A stretch of DNA of 64,000 nt from Bryobacterales bacterium (GTDB lineage: Bacteria; Acidobacteriota; Terriglobia; Bryobacterales; UBA6623): positions 3,760,347 to 3,824,346 of the forward strand of contig OZ220485.1 in the NCBI GenBank assembly GCA_965116065.1, in the 5' to 3' direction. A model generated the notes under the pieces. It was not told the DNA's origin and made no database searches. It worked only from the letters and a program-made list of their open reading frames with translations. The position numbers and the translations under genes were made by a program. Positions 49,751-58,207 of the stretch are shown here, in pieces. How positions within the stretch are numbered: the first letter of the stretch is position 1; each line of letters opens with the position of its first letter.

Positions 49751-50210
49751 GCGACGCCTGGCAGTCACACTTGCCACGTGGTTCTACAGCGGCTACTCGC
49801 CGCTCGCCCCCGGCACGGTCGGTTCCGTGCTGGCGGCCGCCATCGCCTGGCTGGTCTCGAGTCGGCTCGCGGTACCGCCGTGGACATTCTCGGTAGCCGC
49901 CGCCTGCATGATTCCGATCGCCATCCCGATCATCGAGCAGGCAGAGGCCGAGTTCGGGTCCACCGACCCATCCAGCGTGGTCCTTGACGAAGTGGTCGGC
50001 CTGTGGATCTCCATCGCCCCGGTCTCCGCAACATCGTGGCCACAGTGGGTCGCGGCCCTGGTACTGTTCCGTGTCCTCGATATCGCGAAGCCCTTCGGGA
50101 TCCGTCGTCTCGAAGCTCTCCCCGGCGGTCGCGGGGTGCTGGCCGACGATGTAGCTGCGGGGGCCTGCGCTATGATTGGAGTTGTACTGGTTCGCTGGTT
50201 AGGCTACTGA
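49743..50210 (+). CDS. pgpA: Phosphatidylglycerophosphatase A
   Basis: I chose ATG 49743 (MTKRRLAVTLATWFYSGYSPLAPGTVGS...), which overlaps the yacG stop by 8 nt. It has VLDEVVG and DIAKPFGIR. Confidence 0.85.
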   Translation: MTKRRLAVTLATWFYSGYSPLAPGTVGSVLAAAIAWLVSSRLAVPPWTFSVAAACMIPIAIPIIEQAEAEFGSTDPSSVVLDEVVGLWISIAPVSATSWPQWVAALVLFRVLDIAKPFGIRRLEALPGGRGVLADDVAAGACAMIGVVLVRWLGY

Positions 50211-50235
50211 CCCCGGAGCGTCCCACGGGCCACGA

Positions 50236-51246
50236 ATGGCCAGTCGCAAGAAGTCGAAGATTTGCATCGACAGTGTGTCACCGTCCGCGGTGATTCCGGG
50301 AGGGCGCCTGACGATCCTGGGTTCCGGCATGGGCGATGCAGGCTTCCGCCAACCCGAAGTGCTGTTCGGAGACAAGCACGGGAGAGTGGTATCCAGCGAT
50401 CCCGGGCGGGTGGTCGTGACCGTTCCGGATACGGTCGACATCGACTCACTGCGCGTGCGTTTCCAAGATGCCGACAGCGGGTCCACGCCCTTCGGTCTCG
50501 GCAGTACCCTGGGCACCGAGTTCCATCCCGTCGCCAACCCGGCAGTGGACGCGGAAGGAAACGTGTTCACGACCCAGAGCGGGGCCCGCGGCAAGTCGAC
50601 TCCCGTCTCGGTCTTCCGGGTTGCGCTGGACGCCAGTTCGGTGAGTGCGTTCGTGTCCGGCGTCGTCAATCCGACCGGACTCCTGGTGCTGCCGGACGGC
50701 AACCTGCTCGTCTCGAGTCGGCACACCGGGACGGTGTACGAAGTCGCCCCGTCCGGGGAAAAGGAAGTCTTCGCCGAGGGGATGGGCGTCGCGACGGGGC
50801 TGACAGCCGACCCGGACGGCAACGTGTATGTGGGCGACCGGACCGGGACCGTGTTCAAGATCAATCGCGCACGGAAGATCTACGTCTTCGCAACGCTGGA
50901 ACCGTCCGTCGCCGCCTACCACCTGGCGACCGGCCCCGACGGCGCCCTGTACGTGACCGGCCCCTCGACCTCCAGCTACGATGCCATTCACCGGATCGAT
51001 CCGGACGGCAACGTGTCGATCTGGCGACGAGGGTTCGGCCGTCCCCAGGGTATCGCCCTCGACGGGCACCACCGCCTGCACGTATGCGCCTCGCATCGCG
51101 GCCAGCGCGGGATCTTCCGGGTGACGGAGACCGGAGTGGAGCAGGTTGTGTCGGGACAGAACATCGTGGGTCTGGCGTTCGCGCTGGACGGGTCACTCGT
51201 GGTGGCAACAAGCAGCAGCCTCTATCACGTTCCGAGTCTGGCCTGA
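50236..51246 (+). CDS. IPT/TIG domain + NHL/SMP-30-like beta-propeller repeat protein
   Basis: 336 aa. The N-terminus is IPT-like (IDSVSPSAVIPGGRLTILGSG). It has repeated propeller-blade motifs (PTGLLVLPDGNLLVS, ATGLTADPDGNVYVGD, GPDGALYVTG, PQGIALDG). Confidence 0.6.
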   Translation: MASRKKSKICIDSVSPSAVIPGGRLTILGSGMGDAGFRQPEVLFGDKHGRVVSSDPGRVVVTVPDTVDIDSLRVRFQDADSGSTPFGLGSTLGTEFHPVANPAVDAEGNVFTTQSGARGKSTPVSVFRVALDASSVSAFVSGVVNPTGLLVLPDGNLLVSSRHTGTVYEVAPSGEKEVFAEGMGVATGLTADPDGNVYVGDRTGTVFKINRARKIYVFATLEPSVAAYHLATGPDGALYVTGPSTSSYDAIHRIDPDGNVSIWRRGFGRPQGIALDGHHRLHVCASHRGQRGIFRVTETGVEQVVSGQNIVGLAFALDGSLVVATSSSLYHVPSLA

Positions 51247-51295
51247 ACCGAACGGCGTCCAGGACCCAGCCCGACTCGAGACCGAATTCGCTCCG

Positions 51296-52558
51296 ATGCA
51301 GGCCGAAGTGATCGCCGTCGGCTCCGAGCTGCTCACCCCCAGCAGGCTGGACACGAACTCGCTGTTCCTAGCCGGCAAACTGGCCGAGCGGGGGATCGAA
51401 TTGGCCAGGAAGTCCGTGGTCGGCGACGACCGAAACCTGCTGGCGGCAGAGATCCGCCGGGCCCGCAGGGACTCCGACATCGTCATCCTCAGCGGCGGGT
51501 TGGGTCCGACGCTGGATGACCTGACGCGCGAGGCGGTAGCGGATGCCACCGGTCGAGAACTGAAGATGCACGAATCTCTGGTGGACGAGATTGCGGAGCG
51601 GTTCCGCCGATTCAACCGGCCCATGGCAGATGTCAACCGGCGCCAGGCGTACGTTCTCGAAGGCGCCGAGGTCCTGCCGAACCCCCGCGGAACGGCACCG
51701 GGCCAGTGGCTCGAAGACCGATGGGGCATCCTCATTCTCCTGCCCGGACCGCCACGGGAACTCGAGCCGCTGTTCGAGGACGCCTGCCTCCCGCGCCTTG
51801 ACCGGCTCGTGCCCGCACGGAGCTTCTTCACGTTGGTGCTGCGCGTGGCCGGTATGGGCGAATCCGACATCGAGCAGCGGATCGGACCGATCTACTCGGA
51901 CACCCCCAGTGTCCAGACAACGATTCTCTCGTCGCCAGGGGACGTACAACTCCACCTGCGGGGCGTCGCGGACACGGACGACGAAGCCCGGGACCTCGCG
52001 GAACGGCTGGGAAATCTGGTGATGGCGGAACTCGGCCATGCCGTGTATTCCATCGGAGGCGCCCCGCTGGACGAGATCGTGTCCGGGCTGCTCCGCAGAC
52101 GCGGGCTCAGGCTGGCTTCGGCCGAAAGCTGCACGGGGGGCCTGCTGGCAGCCAGACTGACCGATGCCCCGGGAAGTTCCGAGTTCTTTGCCGGGGGCTT
52201 CGTCAGCTACAGCAACGGGGCAAAGTCCGGATGGGTGGGGGTGGACGCCGCAACCATCAAGACCCATACCGCGGTGAGCGCGGAGGTGGCCGCCGAGATG
52301 GCCGAGTGTGCGAGGAATCACGCCGCCCAGGCACTGGGAGAGCCGGCAATCGGCGTGTCCACGACAGGTTATGCCGGCCCGACAGGCGGAACGCAGCGCG
52401 ACCCGGTCGGCACCGTTTACTTCGGAATCGCCGATGGCGGAGGCACGTGGACGCACCGACGCCAGCTGGGAAGCGGAAGGCAGCGCATCCGGACCCTGGG
52501 TGTACAGACCGGACTCGACCTGCTACGCCGACACGTGCTGGGACTGAACGGTTCCTGA
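51296..52558 (+). CDS. cinA: CinA-family protein (MoCF-binding domain + nicotinamide-nucleotide amidase domain)
   Basis: I chose ATG 51296 (MQAEVIAVGSELLTPSRLDTNS...). The C-terminal PncC-like region is AESCTGGLLA...TGYAGP. Confidence 0.85.
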   Translation: MQAEVIAVGSELLTPSRLDTNSLFLAGKLAERGIELARKSVVGDDRNLLAAEIRRARRDSDIVILSGGLGPTLDDLTREAVADATGRELKMHESLVDEIAERFRRFNRPMADVNRRQAYVLEGAEVLPNPRGTAPGQWLEDRWGILILLPGPPRELEPLFEDACLPRLDRLVPARSFFTLVLRVAGMGESDIEQRIGPIYSDTPSVQTTILSSPGDVQLHLRGVADTDDEARDLAERLGNLVMAELGHAVYSIGGAPLDEIVSGLLRRRGLRLASAESCTGGLLAARLTDAPGSSEFFAGGFVSYSNGAKSGWVGVDAATIKTHTAVSAEVAAEMAECARNHAAQALGEPAIGVSTTGYAGPTGGTQRDPVGTVYFGIADGGGTWTHRRQLGSGRQRIRTLGVQTGLDLLRRHVLGLNGS

Positions 52559-52564
52559 ATCGGT

Positions 52565-53116
52565 TCAGCCCCTGGCAACCAGCGCACCCGCCGTACGCAA
52601 CGCCTCCCGGAGGCCCTCGACGGCGGCCGTATCGCAGCACCGTTTCGGGATCACGTAGTGTTCGCCGGGACCGGGCGACACTAGGAAACTGCGCCGAGTC
52701 TCCTCGGCATCCCAGACATCCTCCCATGCCATCCAGTCGCCACGACCCGCTGCCCGGACTTCGACTCCGCTGTCGCAGATGTGAAAACGCATCCGCAGGG
52801 GCTTGCCGCCGGACAGACGGAAGTCCCGGCCGACGAGCCAGACAACGGAGCCCACGGCCCCGCAGGCGATGAACCCGAGAACGACCGGGAGCCACAGCCA
52901 GACACCACCTGTGATCCAGGCGACTCCGATGGAGACGGTCAACGCCAGTGCATAGACCCGAAGAACGATCCGGCCACGGCGCGAGAACTGCGCCAGCGTG
53001 GCGAACACCGCATCCGAATACCGGACATCAGCGACAATCTGGAACTCGTCGGGAACAGGCTCAGGCGACGGGACCATCTGGAACTCGTCGGGAACAGGCT
53101 CGGGCGACGGGACCAT
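52565..53116 (-). CDS. Two-TM membrane protein, YcxB-like C-terminus; N-terminus duplicated
   Basis: 183 aa with TM helices at about aa 50-95 and a C-terminal soluble part (FHICDSGVEV...RRSFLVSPGPGEHYVIPKR). The first 13 codons, including the ATG, are duplicated in tandem. Confidence 0.5.
   Translation of the reverse strand: MVPSPEPVPDEFQMVPSPEPVPDEFQIVADVRYSDAVFATLAQFSRRGRIVLRVYALALTVSIGVAWITGGVWLWLPVVLGFIACGAVGSVVWLVGRDFRLSGGKPLRMRFHICDSGVEVRAAGRGDWMAWEDVWDAEETRRSFLVSPGPGEHYVIPKRCCDTAAVEGLREALRTAGALVARG
53039..53116. repeat. 39-bp tandem direct repeat x2 (1 mismatch) covering the start codon region of the 52565..53116 gene
   Basis: Units at 53039-53077 and 53078-53116: CTGGAACTCGTCGGGAACAGGCTC[A/G]GGCGACGGGACCAT. 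Each encodes MVPSPEPVPDEFQ on the minus strand, and the single difference is synonymous. Confidence 0.9.
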
Positions 53117-53199
53117 CGAATCCGCATTCTAGCGCAGGGACGGCCCGTCCTGGCCCTTGCCCGGTTCCTGGACCGAGCGGACGGCAAGCCCTGGCAGAA

Positions 53200-56079
53200 T
53201 CAGCGGCCGTGCCTGTAGTTGACCCAGACCGGGCTGCCCCAGGCCATGTTGCCGTCGTCCTGAATGACCCGTACGTAGTAGTAGTGCGTCCCCGGCTCGA
53301 TCTCCGAATCGGTATACGAGAAGGTGACTTCCTCGACGCCAGGATGCGCGGTGTAGACGAATGTGCTGTCCTTGATGACATCGATCTGCCGGATCCGGCC
53401 GGTCCCGATGATCCTCACATCCAGGCGAGGTGGCTCGCTGACCGGAAACTCCTCCCCCATCGCGTGGCCACCGCTCTGGAAATCAACGATGATGTTGTCG
53501 GTGGCGGCATAGGTCCGGCGCGCGTGCAGCGAGTCCCAGATATCCTCGTATGTCCGCTCCGGCGAGTAGACGGCCGCGTAGGACATGTGGGTCGAGCGAT
53601 GGTCGGAACTCGCGATGAAGCCCATCTTGTAGCCTTTCTCCAGCGCGTTCCAGACGAAGCCCTTGGGGCGCATGTCGCCCGACGTGATGTAGCCCCCAAC
53701 CACGATCCGCTCCGCCGTAGCACCACGGGGAGCCCCCAGATACTCGTAGGAATCGCGATTGCCCTGGAAGATCTCGACGAGGCGCTCCACCTGTTCATCG
53801 TTGTACCGCCAGTCCGTTCCCATCTGCGTGGCGGGTGTATGGGGAATACTGATGGCCTCCTGCCGGCCGCCGGACAGCAGTTCCTTCCACAGCAGCAGCG
53901 TGTCGTCCTCGGCGACGCCGATTTCCCGGTCCCCGGGCTTGATCCGGATCGGGGCGTAGCCCCGTCCGCGCCAGACGATGTTGCGGTGGCCATCGGGGTA
54001 CGCGACGGTCCTCTCGTAGTTCAGCAGGGGATAGAAGACGCCGGGAATCCTGTACACGGCCACAGCCTTGTCGACCATCCACCACATGTACTCGGTATCG
54101 GCTTTCTCCGGAAGGACATGCTCTGACGGCCCGAGAAAGTCCATCCCGGCAGCATCGATGGCGTAGCGGTACGAGTCATAGAGGCTCCCGTCGCTGTAAC
54201 CGTCGAACGACAGGTCCGTGTGGCGGTGCAGATCCCCCCACGTCAAGTGATAGCGCTGGTCGCCGACATCCATGCGGTACGTCTTCCACAGGGGCGGGCG
54301 CACCTCCGGCTGCGAATCGTCAGCGGGCTGCGGTGCAGGGAGATCGTCGGCTCCGACGAGAAACTCGTTCCGTACCGCTGCGCCCGGCACACGGGCCAGG
54401 TCCAGCTTGCCGGCATGGACATCGTACTGCCAGAAGCGCCCGCCGTCGGGAGGGTAGCTCTTGCCATCCGTCTGGGACGCGATCCACAGGTTCCCGTCCC
54501 CGTCCACCGCGGCTGCCGGCCTCTGCTCGTTGCGGCCATCCGAGAAGGGAATCCAGACGGGCGGTGTCCAGCCCTGCCCGTCGAACATCGTGACCTTGTA
54601 GTCCCAGTACGGAAAGATCGATCGCTTCGCGACCGAAGGCGGATTCGCACGCCCGAGCGTGCGGGTCCGCAGAATTGCCCAGACCCGGCCCTTGCCGTCC
54701 ACCTGGAGCAGCGGATACTCGGTGTAGGTCTGCCTGGCGCTGTCAAGACCGAGAGCCATCCAGCTCCCCGTGATCGGACTGGCTGGAAAACGATGGTGGA
54801 TGGGCGGCACGGGGCGCGCGATGCGCCCCCGATCCAGCACCCGCACCTGAGCCTGTCGATGGAAGTACAGGCCGCTCTCGCCCCGATGGATCCCGTTGAT
54901 GCCGTAATGATCCTTGCCCCAGTTGGGCCCGCCGTTATCCCAGGCCATCCAGAGGCGGTCACGGTGGTCATAGACAATGCTGGCGTGGGCCTGGAAGTCC
55001 TCACCGGCCGTGACACGCTCCACCGGACCGAGCTTGCCGCCCGCGAAGCGACGCAGGAAGATATCGTAGTTGCCATGCCGGTAGCTGTCCCAGGCAATGG
55101 CCGCCTCGCCTCGCGAATTCACCGCGACCGAAGGCTCCCAGTCGCTGGCCGGATGCTCGGTGACCCGGACCGGCTCCGACCATTCTCCGTCACGACGGAT
55201 CAGCAGGGACACGTCCGTGTGCCCTTCGGCCCCGGACTGATACACGAGGTATACGTCACCATTCGATGCGGCTGCCATCCTGGGGAACGTGTCCGGCCCC
55301 GGGCTGTCGGTAAGGGCGCCTTCCGACAGCGAGCCGCCGATGGCGTATTCCATCCTGTGCAGGTTCACCCGGCCGGAGCGGATGGCCGACACAACGGCGG
55401 TGACCGCACCGGGTGCGGTCGCAACCAAGTCCACCTGGTAGTACTCGCCGGGCGGACCAATGGTCACCGGGTCATCCCAGGTCTCCCCATCAGCCGATGA
55501 CCGCAACTGGACCGTGTCCGTCCCATCCTCGAACGCGATCCATGCCACCCACACGCGACCATCCGGCCCGATCGTGACGGCCGGGTAGTCATCATCCGCA
55601 AGGCTGTCCGACATCCGGCGTGAGGGAATCACGCGCTCCACCCGCATGCGGCCATCCAGCAGTTCCAGAGGCTTCCCATAGTGGATCTCGCCCACCCGGA
55701 ACACCCCATCGCCCTGCGCGGTCCGGACTGCGACCCGTGCCTCTTCGCCGCCCTCGACATCGACCACGACACCCTTCCAGCGAGTCGCGGAAAAGGTGGC
55801 CTGATCCCTCGGCTCCATCTGGAGATTGCCATCCCACTGGTTACCGCAGGTCCAGGTCGTCGCGGTAGCAGCCTCCTCGAGCGCGAAATGATGGGTCGCA
55901 ACGATCGCGACGGTCCCGGACGGCGAGGACACGGCTCCGCTCCAGTCCGTAACCTCCGCGTCGGCGCCACCGAACAGGATGCGAAACCGCTGGCTAGCCG
56001 ACAGCGGCAAGGCGGCGAGCAGCACGAGAATCCAGGCGCACTTGCGGATCAAGGATGCGGGCGGGCACATGAAAGTCAC
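53200..56079 (-). CDS. Large secreted protein: N-terminal beta-propeller/BNR-like region + C-terminal DUF3604-like (PHP-type metal-dependent) domain
   Basis: 959 aa with a signal-like N-terminus. The C-terminal half has WGDLHRHTDLS...DFLGPSEH...GHRNIVW...IPHTPA...EIFQG...ASSDHRSTH, matching the DUF3604 His/Asp pattern as I recall it. Confidence 0.55.
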   Translation of the reverse strand: MTFMCPPASLIRKCAWILVLLAALPLSASQRFRILFGGADAEVTDWSGAVSSPSGTVAIVATHHFALEEAATATTWTCGNQWDGNLQMEPRDQATFSATRWKGVVVDVEGGEEARVAVRTAQGDGVFRVGEIHYGKPLELLDGRMRVERVIPSRRMSDSLADDDYPAVTIGPDGRVWVAWIAFEDGTDTVQLRSSADGETWDDPVTIGPPGEYYQVDLVATAPGAVTAVVSAIRSGRVNLHRMEYAIGGSLSEGALTDSPGPDTFPRMAAASNGDVYLVYQSGAEGHTDVSLLIRRDGEWSEPVRVTEHPASDWEPSVAVNSRGEAAIAWDSYRHGNYDIFLRRFAGGKLGPVERVTAGEDFQAHASIVYDHRDRLWMAWDNGGPNWGKDHYGINGIHRGESGLYFHRQAQVRVLDRGRIARPVPPIHHRFPASPITGSWMALGLDSARQTYTEYPLLQVDGKGRVWAILRTRTLGRANPPSVAKRSIFPYWDYKVTMFDGQGWTPPVWIPFSDGRNEQRPAAAVDGDGNLWIASQTDGKSYPPDGGRFWQYDVHAGKLDLARVPGAAVRNEFLVGADDLPAPQPADDSQPEVRPPLWKTYRMDVGDQRYHLTWGDLHRHTDLSFDGYSDGSLYDSYRYAIDAAGMDFLGPSEHVLPEKADTEYMWWMVDKAVAVYRIPGVFYPLLNYERTVAYPDGHRNIVWRGRGYAPIRIKPGDREIGVAEDDTLLLWKELLSGGRQEAISIPHTPATQMGTDWRYNDEQVERLVEIFQGNRDSYEYLGAPRGATAERIVVGGYITSGDMRPKGFVWNALEKGYKMGFIASSDHRSTHMSYAAVYSPERTYEDIWDSLHARRTYAATDNIIVDFQSGGHAMGEEFPVSEPPRLDVRIIGTGRIRQIDVIKDSTFVYTAHPGVEEVTFSYTDSEIEPGTHYYYVRVIQDDGNMAWGSPVWVNYRHGR

Positions 56080-56130
56080 CGGAATCGCCTCATCATAGCC
56101 GACGAGGCGCGACTCGCCGCCCGCCGCAGA

Positions 56131-56931
56131 TCACGGACTGGAGGTCTCGGCAGGGGCGTCCGTCACCTGATTCTGGTAGTTGATGATCGTGTCGACGATC
56201 GCGATCTCGACCCGGCGGTTCTTCTGCCGCGCCTCCCTGGAACTGCCCGGCACGCGCGGGCTCTGCTCGCCGAATCCCTTCGCCTCCAGAATCTCGCCGG
56301 GGATGCCGGCTTCGGCGAGGTAGTCCCGCACCGCCGCCGCCCGCCGCTCGGAGAGACTCTGGTTGTAGGCTGAGGGACCCTGATCGTCGGCATGCCCGTA
56401 CACGAAGACCCTGAACCCGTAGGAGGCCAGCATGACTCCCGCAATTCGACTCAGGATCTCGCGGTCCTCGGGGCGGAGTTCGACACGGTCGAAGCCGAAC
56501 AGCAGGGAATCCTCGGTGAGCCGCACCACCATGCCCATCGGGGTCCGGTCCGTTTCGGCGATCCGGCCAAGTGCCTCGCGCATGCGGTCCAGTTCCTGGA
56601 AGCGCTGGACTCGCAACCGCTCGGCCGCACTCCGCTGCCGCTCGGCCTCCTTCTGTGCGGTGTTCGCGCTGTGGCGGGAGCGCTCCGCATCGGTCAGGGC
56701 CAGGTCGCGCTCCAGAATCGCCTGTTGCAGCGCCTTGCTGACAACATCCTCGCGCCCTCTCGCGTCCCGCAACTGGTTGGTGAGGGCGAGTCCTTCCTGG
56801 TTCGATTCCACGAGGGTACGGTCCAGTGTCTGCACACGTTGCCAGAGCAGCCATGTCACCGAGGTAACCACGACGAGGAGCGGAAGGCAGAAATACAGCG
56901 CGATGCGCTCGCTGCGACTCCGGAGCGGCAT
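56131..56931 (-). CDS. OmpA/MotB-domain protein with N-terminal TM and coiled-coil
   Basis: 266 aa. The C-terminal OmpA-like peptidoglycan-binding motifs are VYGHADDQGPSAYNQSLSERRAAAVRDYL...NRRVEI. Confidence 0.8.
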   Translation of the reverse strand: MPLRSRSERIALYFCLPLLVVVTSVTWLLWQRVQTLDRTLVESNQEGLALTNQLRDARGREDVVSKALQQAILERDLALTDAERSRHSANTAQKEAERQRSAAERLRVQRFQELDRMREALGRIAETDRTPMGMVVRLTEDSLLFGFDRVELRPEDREILSRIAGVMLASYGFRVFVYGHADDQGPSAYNQSLSERRAAAVRDYLAEAGIPGEILEAKGFGEQSPRVPGSSREARQKNRRVEIAIVDTIINYQNQVTDAPAETSSP

Positions 56932-56982
56932 GGTGCCCTCATTGTTGCAGCATCGACATGGAACCGCCCCGGCGATGCCCGA

Positions 56983-57291
56983 CTAGAACCGGAATCGGCG
57001 GGGATCCTGCTCGGGCATTTCCTTGCGCAAGGTGTTGAGCAGGAGGCGGTGGAAGGCGCAGAGCTTGCCGTCCGGCGCGGGATGCCCGCACTTGATGCAC
57101 ACCGCGGTCTCACCCCGTCCGCCGTTCGACTTTCCGAGCCGGTTGCCGTTCACGTCATGGCGAGGTCTGCCGTTCCTGCGGGCCGGCGCCCGGTTGCCGC
57201 TGAATCCGTTGCGGGAACCCCCACTGGAATGCATGCGGCGGCGCGGCCCGTTCACGTTCCGTCCTGGGCGATTGGTGGTGTAGTCTGGCAT
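56983..57291 (-). CDS. Small basic R/N/G-rich protein with C-terminal CxxC...CxxH zinc-knuckle-like motif
   Basis: About 102 aa from ATG 57291 (the track ORF extends to 57360). The third codon position is GC-rich, as in neighbouring genes. It has CIKCGHPAPDGKLCAFH. I recognise no family. Confidence 0.35.
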   Translation of the reverse strand: MPDYTTNRPGRNVNGPRRRMHSSGGSRNGFSGNRAPARRNGRPRHDVNGNRLGKSNGGRGETAVCIKCGHPAPDGKLCAFHRLLLNTLRKEMPEQDPRRFRF

Positions 57292-57378
57292 GTCGAGTCT
57301 GCTTGCGAGTCTGCGAAACCCTGCGGGTGCGGTCCGCTTGTTCCCGGCCCCGCCCAACAAGGCTCCGGATCGGCCGGT

Positions 57379-57948
57379 CTAGTTGGAGGGATTCGATGCG
57401 GCGAGAGGGTTCGCCGTGTCATAGGCCTGGATGATGGCACCGGTGATGTTGACTTCCGTCACCGCATACAGGACCGGACTCTGCGGATTCGAGATGTCCA
57501 GGACAACCTGATAGTCGTTGTCCTTCGCATACTTGTCGATCACCGCCATGATCTTCTGGCCGACCGAACCGAACAGCTGGCTCTGCTCCTGGGCAAACTC
57601 GCCACGCGCATCTTCCATGCTGCGCTGCAAGGCCGTCTCCTCCCGCTGAATGTCCCGCGCGAGACTGCGCTGGGCTTCATCGCTCATGGTGTTGGCACCC
57701 TTCTGCAGTTGCTCGCGCAACTGGTTGACCTTGTTCTGGGATGCCTCCAGCTGTTCCTGCTTGGGCCGGTACCTCTCCTCCAGTTCCCGGATCAGCTTCT
57801 GGCCTTCCGCGGTGCGGGAGATCGCTTCCTGCACGTTGAGAACGGCAATGCGCGGCTGCGCGGACACATTGCCAACAAGCATGGAACCCGCCATGAGTGT
57901 CAACGCCACCGGGGCGAACCGCAGTCCGGTCCATTGCGTTCGATGCAT
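57379..57948 (-). CDS. skp: OmpH/Skp periplasmic chaperone
   Basis: I chose ATG 57948 (signal MHRTQWTGLRFAPVALTLMAGSMLVGNVSA). It has a coiled-coil body and sits immediately downstream of bamA, the classic bamA-skp order. Confidence 0.8.
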   Translation of the reverse strand: MHRTQWTGLRFAPVALTLMAGSMLVGNVSAQPRIAVLNVQEAISRTAEGQKLIRELEERYRPKQEQLEASQNKVNQLREQLQKGANTMSDEAQRSLARDIQREETALQRSMEDARGEFAQEQSQLFGSVGQKIMAVIDKYAKDNDYQVVLDISNPQSPVLYAVTEVNITGAIIQAYDTANPLAASNPSN

Positions 57949-58207
57949 ACTGGAGTCCTCCGCTGGATCGCCAAGCCGGCGTCCCAACATCCTCAGGGTA
58001 CCACGGACAACCTTGCGGAATGCTCTGCTTTCGAGTCGCGGACAGGAGCCGGTCCCGACGGGCACGGATTCCGGCCCGCTGCTGGCGGGACGGAGCGCGT
58101 TCAGAGTCCGTGCAGCACCTTGATCGGGAGACTGCACGCCGGACGGTACCGGGTGCCCGGATACCGCAAAGCCCGTGCGCGGTGTCATTCGCGTTCCTCC
58201 GTATCGA

